NCBI GenBank assembly: GCA_051294905.1
Contig: CM119383.1
Coordinates: forward strand, 20,832,001-20,896,000
Direction of reading: 5' to 3'
Source of the DNA: Botryllus schlosseri
Lineage: Eukaryota
Length of the DNA: 64,000 nt
Made by a program: the position numbers and the translations under genes. Positions 33,892 to 45,586 of the stretch are shown in pieces. Every line of letters starts with the position of its first letter. The first letter of the stretch is position 1. The notes below the pieces were generated by a model. It was not told where the DNA came from. It searched no databases and saw only the letters and a list, made by a program, of their open reading frames with translations.

Positions 33892-36800
33892 ATGTCTGGC
33901 AACACAATTATAATCGATTCGGAGGTGAGTTTCCATTTCTTTACTGTTTCTTTTGACAATGCAATGTTTGTGTCGTACAGGCCTCGTCTAGGCGTGATGC
34001 AGAAGTGGCCCGTTCCGCCGAGAGGATGGAGCGGTCTCGTATCTTAGCTCGTGCTTATTTCGGAGGCACGTTGCTACCGGAAGCCGATCAATCGTCTCCT
34101 GCAATGACATCTGCCGATAAAATACGTCGTTGGATCATCAGACATAGTTGGAAGGAGTGCGACGTGTGCGGTTCCGTTCTCCCTTGCATCATGACACCCG
34201 GAATCATGACTGACTGGACGCGTGCCGCCAGCACCGAGATGTCCTTGTCGTCGTTCTGGCTATCGTATCCCCAGGTTATCGGATTGGCCAGACGTTTTAC
34301 GTGGTCTAACGCGTTCCGATCACGATGTTTTGGCATTATATCGTCTGTCTGTTTTACGGTTCCTCGCCTCGTCAACAACACGGATATCGAGAGAAGAACG
34401 GTCCTGTGAGAGCTTGTCTCGTTTCCGAATCTGTACAAGACAGGTTGGAGGCAATCGACGATCCTGTCATACGAGATCGCGTGGACGCGGCATATCGCTA
34501 CCTCTTGCAATGCCCAGACAGCGCCTATGGGTTAATGGATTCTCATCATCGCGACGGAATTCTGCCGTCGCGTCTCTCGGTTGGAAGGCTATGTCGGGTA
34601 ACGCAATCATAGAGTCGTCAGAACAGGCTGATAATAGATGTCAGACATACTCTTTTCAGTTTCATTATGTGGAGACCGGTCTGTGGCCGCTCCTCTATCC
34701 TTTCAAGTGGCAATGCGAGTCTGTTGTCGAAGACGAAGGAGCTCGAAAGAGCGCCAAGCGAATGTACTGCCTCAAACTTACGTGTTCCGTTTTCGATTAC
34801 TGCGGGATGTTTTCCTTGCTGAGGTATCAATACGACAGGTGCGTAGGGACTTTTTTCCTCGTATTACACATCGATATGTTTCTATATGTTGCCAGATGGA
34901 TCTACAAGACGGTGACGGGCGCGTTAAACGATGCCGGTAGCTTTCATTGCTCGCCTGCACGCGCGCTAGACAGTAAGACGTTCAGTGCCACGTACTGGAA
35001 ATGGCAACTAAGTTATGTTTTGGACGCTGTCAAACAATATGGAATGCCGGATATCTTTATCACCATTTCGCCGTACGAATGGCAATTTCCGGACAACGAA
35101 ATACTTCTCGATCGTTTTGTGACTCTTGGACGTGGCCCGACTGGTCTCGCAGCTATCGAATCTATGCATCAAGCACATGTTCTCGAAGAAATCCTTCGCA
35201 AGTATGTTTCTGGAAAACAAAAGCACCGTTGGACCAGACACTTACTGCGCAACACCCGGACCGGTGCTAACAACGTTCACACCTACTTTTATAGGCAAGT
35301 ATCGTTTTTCCTAAAACTTGACGGCGTCATGTATATTCTTTTGCTTTTTTACGACAGATTCGAGTTTCAAAAGCGTGGAACACTGCACGCGCATTATATT
35401 GCCTGGTTGGAGGACGTTTCTTCTCTAAATATATCGGATCTATCTGCGGATCTGCCGCAAGAAGACAACGATTTTGCGGAGTTGGTATACACTGTGCAAA
35501 AGAGCAATAAACGAGTTGCTGGCATTGAAGTTCACGACGGCCCCTCGCAAGTAGAAACCGTTTCTGACGTTCCTACCCTTGTGTTGCACAGATCTCAGGC
35601 CGCGCACCGATTGAACTTACGTGTGTACTCTGAAACTCTGCTACGTACATTGCGGTGTGCCATGGACGTCCAGCTCAGCGACGGCAATAACATGCTAATG
35701 AAGTACGTCGCTGGCTATGTTTCGAAATTTCGAGAAACATCGGTTCCGCGAGACGTTCTCTTCAGCGATTTGGAGCCTAACACTATCGCCTATCGATATC
35801 TCAATCAATTATGTCCTGACGAGCCCGAAATGATACTGACTCTGGCCGACTTCAAAATGGCCTATACCTGTTCGGATACTAAAAGGTATCTGGTACCGAC
35901 GTTGGAACGTGCCCGTGAGGATAAGGTAGTTAAGGCATATATGTCTCGTCCGTTATTCGAAGAAAACATGACGATGTATGAATACCTACACCGGTACACG
36001 GTTACTGATGACCGTGGTCATCGACGCAGGTCGCAGAAAGATCTTCTGGTTGGATTCAAATTCCTCGATATGTTCACCGATGGCTATTTCTTTCAAGATG
36101 CAATCTTAAACACTCCCTTCAGGAACTTGGACCACTTGGAATTGAATGACTTTCAACGTTTGCCTCAAGACATTCGTCTGTTCTCGTTCGCTGTTCACAA
36201 CAGAGCATCGTTCTGGCAAGACAAAGACGCAGTCATACGACTTTGTAATGAACGTGGAAGCAAGAGATATTACACTGTTACATTTTGCGCTTATCTGGAC
36301 AGTCTCTTTGCCGTTTGGCGGCGTTATTTCCATATGGAAATTCCTCATTCTGCTCTCGACATTCAGGAATACAGCGACCAACCGAGTACGTGCTTGTCAC
36401 CACATCAGGCCGCGTTCGTCAACACGGTAGTGGAAAGATTGAGATGCTTCTCCGAGAGGGATGCCGAAGCCGTTGAAAATCAAGACGAAGAAGACGAATT
36501 CGATCGACCCTATTTTCTACTCTGCGGTGAGCACGGAACAGGTAAATCGTACTGTTTGTCGGAGATCATAAAAAAGGCCGTCCGATTGGCTTCCAAGATC
36601 CTTGTGGTTACGCCTACCGGTTTGTTAGCTACAACGTACAAAGCCTTGTTCGGAGACGACATAACGGCAGACACCGTGCACGCAGCGTTTCGGTTGGCTT
36701 CAGGCGTGGAAGGTCATCGAGCAAACGTTAACTGGAATATACGTCTCTTCGATCTTATTCTGATGGACGAGATCTCGATGGTTTCAGTAGTCCATGGAGA

Positions 36801-37627
36801 TCACATCTCATCGACACTTGCCTCTTTTGAGTCAACATTGCGTCGTCGTACTTTGTGGCGATCAACACCAACTTCAGCCGGTACCTGTCGATGGTTATAC
36901 CGGCAGCCTTTTCGATCACCGACAATTAATGGGACGTTGCAATGATACTCGTTTGCGCAGTCAATTTCGTACGAGAGATAACGAACTGTCGGACTTTCTG
37001 CGAATTTGTCGCTTAAGAACGCCGTCTGCGGCGGAAATACGTCAATTCGCATCCGGGATCGTTCTTTTAGACGACGATTCTCCATCTGACGAAGACTTGA
37101 TTCATGTGCATGATGAATACCCGGAACATGTTGTTCTTACATTTACCCGTCATTCGGCCAGGCGGTTCAATGAAGTCGTTCGCAATCACGTTTACAAGGG
37201 TGTTTTTCCTGTCAAAATGTGTCGTTATCCAACTGCTGATAGTCAGCTACGACCAGTTTATGAAGGCATGCCGATCATGTTGACGGAGAATCGAAACAAG
37301 AAGCGGTCATTCGTCAACGGTCAAATTGGTCGGATACACAGTGTCATCGCTAATACGATATTGGTAGAACTGCCCGATGATAGACTGATACGAGTGTATC
37401 CAATAACAAAGCCCGAAGGTGTTTATTTTCCTTTCATGTTGCGGCACGCCGGTACCATTCACAAGGCACAAGGTCAGACGTTGTCGTCCGCGATCCTCTG
37501 GTTTGATTCTAGCAACGTGAGCCCCGGTTGCGCGTATGTAGCCATGTCTCGTGTCAGATGCAAGGACGATCTTCGTTTCTTGACTACGCCGACGATACGT
37601 CACTTCAAACCTGCCGTGTCAAACTGA
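33892..37627 (+). pseudogene. Helitron-type Rep (HUH, Y2) / PIF1-family SF1 helicase; introns 33925-33980, 34839-34895, 35295-35357; about 4 frameshifts
   Basis: Rep motif 1 PDIFITISPYEW; motif 2 YFYR|FEFQKRGTLHAH after splicing; motif 3 KYVAGYVSK. Helicase: Walker A GEHGTGKS, Walker B LMDEISMV, CGDQHQLQPV, TIHKAQGQTL, AYVAMSRVR. N-terminal CxxC...CxC. Shifts near 34215, 34350, 34590, 36823. Confidence 0.92.
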
Positions 37628-38004
37628 CGACACGCGTTGACGACACTGTTGTTACCTTGTATTTTAGTGATCCGTTTATGTCACTTAAATCCTGGTTTGT
37701 CGATGTGGATGGCAGGATATCCATGTCGTATATTTTTTGGGCTATCATATCTTGTTGCTTGTTTCTTCTATATGTGTCCAGTGACTGCTTGCTCCAGTGC
37801 CTTTATCGACCTTTCATTTTTACTTATATTCCTCCCGTATTTCCTTCAAAAACATGTGCTAATATCTGTTTTATCTTTCGTTTCGTGTTATCAGTTAGAC
37901 TTGCGTACCATGCGATGACGTTTCATTGGAGTGACTTATTTGCAGTATCACACTTTCATAATCATTCACGATTTTATTTGCAGATACTCGTGCTTAACAT
38001 TACA

Positions 38005-38883
38005 ATGGCTAGCTTTGTGACTAAAATTGACGACGGTAAAGTTGCTGAAAATGAGGAACGTGGAGGCGTTGTTGAATGGTGTCAGCAATTTCCAAAAGAC
38101 TTCCTTCGGATGTATGGTCGATCGGTGCAACGGGAAGACATCACTGATGACAAGTTCGATGCAAAGCTTCATCACTTTAACTGTGAATGGCTGTCAAGGC
38201 CATCTGAAGCCATGTCTCAATTTATCCAAACTTTAGCCAGCAATCATGACTTCGGAAAACCGCTAAAGGAATTGCTCAACAATGCTTCATATAATACCTA
38301 CCAGGTACATCTTGGACACATACTAAGTCAGGTTCAGCCGCTGTGGGTTAGTCCGGCTAATCCCGAAAACGAAGTTACTCTAAGCCTTGCTGATGTTCAC
38401 GAACGGATGAACAACCTGGATCAAGTACTTGATTACGAGAATTCACCGTTTTTTTAACGGTACATCGAAGTTATGATCGAAGCCGGGAACGCATTATATC
38501 TGAACGGCATTCACCTTTTGGCACTGAGTTTCCTACTGCGAAACAAAAACAAGTGGGCAGGTAAGCTTAGGGCCCATATCGACAACGAAGAGTTTAAAGC
38601 AAATGCAACCACTGAAAACCTCGCAAGCAACCTGTATCGTGGATATGTCATTCGTAAAGGCATGAATGACACAACGCATGTGTCTCCTGAACACTCCGCA
38701 CCGGCTACGGCTGAAACCTTTCCGGTTCCGATACTGGTGCGTTCTGATACAGAGCCGATCGAAGATGCTATTCAAACTGCTTCATGCGACCAAGCCAATG
38801 CGCAGCATGATCCGGCTCTTCAAAATGCCGTCCAGACACCGAGCCAGTTGCTGGACCTTCTGTTAAAAAGACAAGAAAAATAG
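38005..38883 (+). pseudogene. Family C paralog C3 (divergent, shorter), single in-frame TAA at 38455-38457
   Basis: WCQQFPKDFLRMYG...FNCEWLSRPSEAMSQF. Track ORFs 37528-38457 and 38473-38883 share one frame. Confidence 0.85.
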
Positions 38884-39314
38884 GCACACGGAGTGATAGC
38901 ATACAATGTTATTGCTTGTCTTTCTTGTTTCGCGTACCATTGTTCGTCTTTTTGTAGTATGTTGTGGCTTTGTGGTAATACCGTTTGCTTTTTCCTTGTT
39001 CTTGCGTTGCATGTTCTGGCTTTCCTGTAATCTCGTATACGAAATCCCTTTACGAAAAACAACGAAGGTACGCTTATTTCCAGATAATCGTGCGTTTCCG
39101 TGCATTCGAGATTCCGTTCATTTCACCTAAATCCTGGTTTAACGATGTGGCCATAAGGATATCCCTGTCGTATATTCTTTGAGCTGTCATTTCTCGTTGC
39201 ATGTATATTCTTTATCGTAACCCTTGTCAGTACTTTTCGTGCTTTGAATGATACAAGTTTATCATTCGTTGTCGGTACTAATGGCGCTCATTTGATTTCC
39301 AGAAAAAACTAGAT

Positions 39315-39680
39315 ATGTCATTTAAATCCGAAGTCCTGTGGCACTCCCAGCCAATGGAACATCAACGCGAAATCTGCACCAACATTCCAGTCTCCAAAAC
39401 TAGGAACGAAAAAGTCGTATCACACGATCCTAACCAAAGGTATGTCACATATTTTTTTTTCGATTCGCTGTATTACCTACTCGTATTTATTTCAATTTAC
39501 AGGTTTTCACAACGTCATCTGATGGCGGCGAACTTCGAAGCGGAGGTAAACAAAAAATACTCCTTCTCACGACGTCCGCTGATGACGGCGAACTCCGTAG
39601 CGGAGGGAAACAAAAAATACTCGTTCTCACGACGTCCGCTGATGGCGGCGAACTTCGACGCGAACACAAAAACAAAATAG
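39315..39680 (+). CDS. Family E gene E1 (about 100 aa after removing intron 39440-39502) with in-frame 20-aa repeats
   Basis: Acceptor tttccag at 39302 then ATG; gtatgt...ttacag intron; 60-bp tandem repeats encoding KKYSFSRRPLMAANFEAEGN-like units; homolog at 23116. Confidence 0.6.
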   Translation: MSFKSEVLWHSQPMEHQREICTNIPVSKTRNEKVVSHDPNQRYVTYFFFDSLYYLLVFISIYRFSQRHLMAANFEAEVNKKYSFSRRPLMTANSVAEGNKKYSFSRRPLMAANFDANTKTK

Positions 39681-40527
39681 TTTATTGCATATTTTCATCC
39701 TTTCCAATAACTTATCCGTTTCTAATACATTGTTTTCATGGTGGCCTTGTCACTTGTGATTCTTTGTGATGATGCGTCGAGTGTAGTGTTGATAAGGTAA
39801 CAACGGTATGTTAAACTTTACCGGCAGGATAGCGTCTTATTATAGCTAACGTGCCCGAAAGTTTTGCGTATCGTCTCACATATTTATCATTTACACGGTT
39901 AGTAACGTGATTTCAATACGAACAACTTGCAGGTCATATAGCTTCGTGCAAAAGCGATACGGTCTACGAAGTCATACTCATTGATTCACTTGTGCGTTGA
40001 CAGAAGGCTAAATACTTCGACGGAGGAGCGGATAACGTGTGAAGTGTACAAATCAGGTGTGACGTGCTGACGTAGATAGTATCGACAATAGGGCAAAATT
40101 CAGCGCAGCATAGTTCAAAGTACACCCATACGACGCCGAATTTTTCCATTTTGAATCACGTATTTGTCATTGTATGATCGTCGACTTCAGCGCGATGAAT
40201 AGCGATAGACCAGGACTCTAGGAGAAGCGTATCGTGTCTTATGCGTATACTGAACGATGCGATCGACCTGAAAGTCTGCCATGGGATGTAGTTCGACGAT
40301 TGGGTGCCACAAACAGTCATCCCATGCACCTCGGGCGGGCTGGGAGCGGCTGTGACGTCATAATCGAGTAAAATCCGTTATCCCTGTGGTAACTTTTCTT
40401 ACCTACCCTCAGAACACTTGAATGTGACCTGGAGGATCGGCAAACTGATAGTCTGCCTGGAGGATATTTTACATTGAAACGGTATGAAGACATGAACAAA
40501 GAAGAAAATCCAATGGACTGCCTGGAG

Positions 40528-41782
40528 CAGGGGTTCTCAACTTTCCTTGCGTAGCGGGCCGCATTTTAACAGCAAAACGCGCGGCGGGCCGCAGAACATT
40601 ATTACCGTATATTTGTGGACTATACTATTACATTTAGGCTAATATAGCCTAGCATTCAGTTTGTATGCATTCTACAGCAGAATGGACAGCGTTCGTAAGC
40701 TTTCAGTTGCTTTTTCTGTGATATTGTGTCATCTTCCGACGGAATAAGTAAATCCCTTCATGAAGCGAGCATTGCATTTGTTCTCAAGTCGGTATGTGCA
40801 CCTTCAAACCCTTGCACCAGAGAACTGAACTCTCTGTTTCAATGCGTGAGCGAGCAAGTATAAAACTACGGTAACTTTTTCGTTACAGACGCCATTGTCA
40901 CTTTGGGCTCTCAGTGATATGAGAAGTCTCATGTCCGGGGTAATTTCTGAGCAAACCAATCAACCATTCTCCTTTCCTTCCATGGCTGGTGCCCTGCACC
41001 AATAGTTACAGAAGTCAGCTTTGTTAGGTTGATGTTGTTTGCTAGTCCCCTCTCCCCACGTTTGCCCAGCCAGCATTAAGTCTACAAATATATCCACTCT
41101 GATAGAATATCCCAATACAATTAGCGTTGCAATGTCCGTAGATTTTGTCCAATGCTCGGTTAAAGTAGTCTACGGGGCAACGTGTTTCAAAACATGCCAC
41201 GAAAGATTTTAACTGACATTGCTGTTACTCTTCTTGTCACGATTGAATCAGACAACTGCAGCTTCGAAATTTGTTAGGTGGAGTTGTCCTTGCTGCTAAA
41301 TTCCGGAAACAGCGGAGATTCGCACAGTATAGTAACGTTTTGTTGAAGAAACGCCTTTTCTAACAGATTTCATGGGTTTAGCTATATACCAAGCAATTTT
41401 GAACCATGCGTGTTTAACGTCTTCGGCAACCTCAACAATGCCTCAAAATATGGATTGCTTAGCCTGAGACCTAGCTAGCAACGCTTTTTTCTAAGATCAG
41501 GTGATATGTGTAACTTTTGGGATGGAGCTGTCCGAAGACCTATTCAGAACAATAAGAATCTAAACTCGACCATACATCAAGAAACCAGAAAACATTGAAG
41601 AATGAGAATAAATCAAACGAAACAGAGACGGAGCGATAAGAGAGCTTTTGTAGCTAAATTGATACCGTATGAAACAATACTGTACCGGTAATAATTGCAA
41701 TCATATTGAAAGATCTCGCGGGCCACAGAAAAAGCGTCTGCGGGCCGCATGCGGCCCGCGGGCCGCGGGTTGAGAACCCCTG
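40528..41782 (-). mobile_element. Internally deleted hAT (Buster/Charlie-like) element, 1255 bp
   Basis: TIR caggggttctcaac; TSD gcctggag (40520-40527, 41783-41790); decayed transposase-like sequence on the minus strand. Confidence 0.8.
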
Positions 41783-43200
41783 GCCTGGAGGATATTTTAC
41801 ATCAAAACGGTATAAGTACATTATGACATGGACAACGAAGGAAATCCAGATATACAATGGAAACTAGTTCAAATAAAAAAAAAAGTACCTATCATCACTA
41901 ACTAATAACAATTAAAGAACGAGTTACCTCCCATCGTACGTAGGCCGAGATGGGTATTGCATGGAACAGGAGACAAAGGAGAATTTTGGAACTTCGAACA
42001 GAAAGGCCTGCAATTACATCCCGCAGACAACGTAATGTGGACAAAAGATAATTCAGACCAGGGATCACCAACACGCGAGGTCATGTTCTGCGGCCCGCGG
42101 ACTGAATTGAAATTGCGGAAGAACGCTTAGTAATGCATTTGGAAATGCTGAAATTGATCTCAGTTTGAACATGTTGTTTTTTCAACATATTGTCGTTGTT
42201 GTTTCAAAGTAAGCTATTCCCCCGTGTCCAATACCAGTATTCCTCACTAGCTGATACGGCTTTCGCAATGGTAACAACATTCCATAGAGGAAGAATCTGC
42301 TGATATGAATGGGCATATATTGCCTTCCGTGGAATGGCTCATCACTGCCATTACCGATTCTTAGAAAACGACTTCGGGCTCCCCAGAAGACCAATCTTTA
42401 CGGGCTCCCCAGAAGACCAATCTTTACAAATAAGTAATTTAAATCCGTGAATTTTTCAGCAAAATCGGTGTTTAGCTAACCTCGTTATCGATGATGTAGT
42501 TCAGGGGTGGCCGATCTGCGGCACTAAATTCGATTGAGATGTTTTGGCGGCAGTCAATGTGCAAACTGAATTTACGAATTCACTCCCTAATCAATGAGAG
42601 GTCTGAAGTATTCTTGATATTTTCTTTGCGCTGCGCGCGGTTCAACCCCGAGTGGAACTTCGATTTTAATACAGTGTCGTGTCTGAGCCCCACAGTTTAT
42701 ATGCGAACATCAGAGGAAATGATGCGCCCCATAGAGAAATAACAATTTGCAATGGTTTTCTCCTCATCACGAAGGAGACTAGTTTCTGGAAGGTATGCGT
42801 TTTGGTTAACCAGTCATGCGTTTGGGTGAATATAACATTTCCATTATAGCGGCAACCCTGATGGGAGGTCAATAAATAAACAGTTGGTCCACGTTAAGAT
42901 GCAGCACAGAACTATGAAATTCTTCAAATTATCGAAGACACCCCCAGCATAAACTCTACCGGTTGATCTGATCACACGGGCTGAGAAAGGATAAATATTC
43001 GATAGTAACATGTAAAACTTTACTGTTAAATGAGAAACTACATTGATACTTATGACGAAATTCACTCATGAGGATGAAAAAATTCTCGCGCTTGGCGCGA
43101 CTAGAAAACGAACCCCCATGGCTATTCATAGCATGACAATGCACGATTTGCGTGCTCATAGTAAATTTTATACTCAATCCGGAGTTTACTGATGATGGAC

Positions 43201-43456
43201 AGAGAAAGAGAGAGAGAGATATGATATTCTTTGAGATGAGATGCTTTGACGACGGAGTTGCGATACGGCCATATGAGGTCATCTAGTCTGCGCCCCGTTT
43301 TTTTTCTCCTCCATGCTATCCGGGATTGCTGAGCGCCTAGCAGGACAGCTGCGGATACCAATTTTCGAGTCTTTGGTATGACCCGGCCGGGGATCGAACC
43401 CACGACCTACCGCTCGAGAAGCCGGACGCATAACCATTACACTATCTCGCTCGGTG
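43201..43456 (-). mobile_element. tRNA-derived SINE
   Basis: Minus strand has A box tagtgtaatgg and B box ggttcgatccc, then a non-tRNA body gggtcataccaaagactc...ctgctaggcgctcagca and a (TC)n tail. Confidence 0.8.
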
Positions 43457-44115
43457 GACAGTTTAACGTAGGTATTTAGCTTCCAGTCAACTAATTACGA
43501 CTATGCACTGGAATGCAGCTGTAGGCTACATAAGTAATTGAAATGCGACCACGAATAGCAAAAAGGTTGGCCACGAGCACGCCTGATTCAATTGCTGCCG
43601 TGTGGTTGTTGTCAGGTATCGTGCGCAGCTCATAGTTCAAGTGACTATCACGATATTTCAGGTATCGTGCGCAGCTCATAGTTCAAGTGACTATCACGAT
43701 ATTTTTTGTTGTATTTGTATTTCTTCAATAAAATAATATTTTTTTTGTGGTAACTGTGTGCGCCGCCTATGTTAGAGAGCACCGCGTTTTACCGACGTAG
43801 AAATATCAAGACTGCGTTGCCTATTTTGATCTCAATATTGAAGTCATGCGGCCCGCGACTAGTTGAGTTGACAACCCCTGCCTTGGAACTTTGCCCATGC
43901 ATTAACCCCGACCTTGGAACTTTGCACATGCATCAGGAATAAATCTACTTATGCGTTATGCCTTCCTTTTCCTGCTTCTTCATAGAACGAATAAACATCA
44001 TTATATACCCCCTCTATTGTCTCGTGTAGCGTATTCCAATTCTAATTTGAACCTAACCCTCACCGTTTGCCTCTTGTTCTACAGATGTTCATGTAATTGC
44101 GACCAGCCAGCTAGA

Positions 44116-44700
44116 ATGAGTAGTCCAAGAAAAGCCCCTTCGGAAAAGGAATCGAAGAAACTGCGGTAGATTAGTGCTAAAAATGTCTCTCAACACCACA
44201 TATACGTCCGACCAATTAGGCCGTAAGAGATTTCGTGACGACGTGATCACAGGAAGACTGCAGAATTTCAGCAGTACATGGCTGACCACTGACCAGGCCC
44301 AGCCCGGCAGTTTCCTAGTTTGCGGAAACTCTACTCCGTAATTTCGATGTATCAGCAGGTATGGCCAACCCAATGGATCCACGCGGGCAGGCTTGACAGG
44401 ACCATCTGGGATGCATGAACGAGGTGGCGCCGATATCGGTTAACCTAGTTAACCAATCGGACGAGGTATCCCTAGCGAACGAACGCCGGGGTAGTCAGCA
44501 GAATGGAACGTCTCGTCTCGAACAGAGGTAAAATGTCGATCGTTATCTATTCTTGTAATCTTACGAGAAAAGTATGGAGGTTGCAACGTTTCTTGTACAA
44601 AAACAAGTATATTTAGTCACTACGAATGCGCACAGATCCGGAACACGCTGACTTCAAGAGAATGGTGGAACGGGTACCGACTACGGTAACATGATTTGCA
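44116..44700 (+). pseudogene. Heavily decayed family C copy
   Basis: aaaagccccttcggaaaaggaa matches the C start. Recognisable remnants FAETLLRN, MDPR and LRMRTDPEHADFKR (compare FRSHPDHEDFKK). Acceptor ttctacag at 44084. Confidence 0.7.
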
Positions 44701-45586
44701 ACAAGGCTACCTGGCGAAGAAAGGTTATAATGTTAGCCCTCGCGTAGCACTCATCAGGCGATTCACTGGATAATTTTGGGCCATCGAGGCCGTCATGGTG
44801 GCACGAACATGGCTCAGCGGCTTTTGTCTGGGGTTCGAAGGTAGTTTGAATTGGGTGGAAATGCATCCCGTGAAAATGCATCCCGACTATCGATACCTGC
44901 ATAGGCAGCCGACCCGCGGCCGTTGCTTCCCCACAATGTCCCTTTGTCTATCTCCTCTTGCACACGGACCATCGTTTCAGAGACGACCCCTCCTTTCTTT
45001 CGTTGTTATTTAATCCATTCTTCCAACCCATTCTTCCATCCTAAAAGCCAGCCTAGACAGATGAGATTGTGTGCTTGAACAAGATCCCAAGGTAACCAGC
45101 AGGGTTCATTAGACCTTTCGAGTGCGGAGGATGGATCCAAGCGTGCACACCACAGTGCGATCCAGGTCAGCCTCAAAACCAGGCTACGCAAAACAATGAC
45201 TTGCGATCGCCTCTCGCAGTCGCAACAATACTAGGTCGATCTTGGTTGTGACGAACATGGCTGGCGCGAGGCGGCGAATGGAGATGCAATCGTGATGTTG
45301 TCAATTTCCAATCAATCATTCATCATGTTTTTGTTAAAATTTCTTTTGTAATCTAAAAGGATGATATTCTATATCTTAAAGAGGGCTACCATTTTTTTTA
45401 AAACTCGGCATCCAAACCAAACTTGGAAACGTCTGGAGCTGACTATTTGTCCACAGACTTACAAGTAGAACGGACGCTCCCCTCAGGATTTTTTTATGCG
45501 GCGTCTACCCTTGTGTAATCGTGTTCTCATGTTACGGAAATCGTATGTTTCGTGAGGCTACGAGAGCTCACTCCAACAAATGCTCC

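Larger units (their letters stand above)
24075..40391 (+). mobile_element. Large Helitron-type (rolling-circle) element with multi-gene cassette A-B-C-D-C-RepHel-C-E; ends approximate
   Basis: Contains the HUH Rep/PIF1 gene. Boundaries are inferred from where homology with the repeated T and U blocks begins and ends; canonical 5'-TC/3'-CTRR ends were not found. Confidence 0.65.

Noticed and set aside
34222-36945. The 907-aa track ORF as the real protein
   Set aside because: It reads through two introns, is out of frame at about 34350-34590, and leaves the helicase frame at about 36823.
37528-38004. Hydrophobic N-terminal extension of C3 (possible membrane protein)
   Set aside because: It is T-rich intergenic sequence; the acceptor at 37983 and ATG at 38005 match the start position of other C genes. 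Similar hydrophobic ORFs in T-rich 3' flanks (3613, 19169, 27309, 33364) were rejected for the same reason.
40300-40400. Canonical Helitron 3' end (hairpin plus CTRR)
   Set aside because: No CTRR with a short GC hairpin about 10-15 nt upstream at the homology boundary.
43381-43456. Functional tRNA gene
   Set aside because: A and B boxes are present, but it runs into a SINE-like body and simple-repeat tail, and I could not fold a convincing cloverleaf.
42055-43885. Single intact hAT MITE spanning this interval
   Set aside because: Several cagggg...-like ends are present but TSDs do not pair; treated as fragments. Similar fragments at 57463-57700 and 62490-62545 were also left uncalled.
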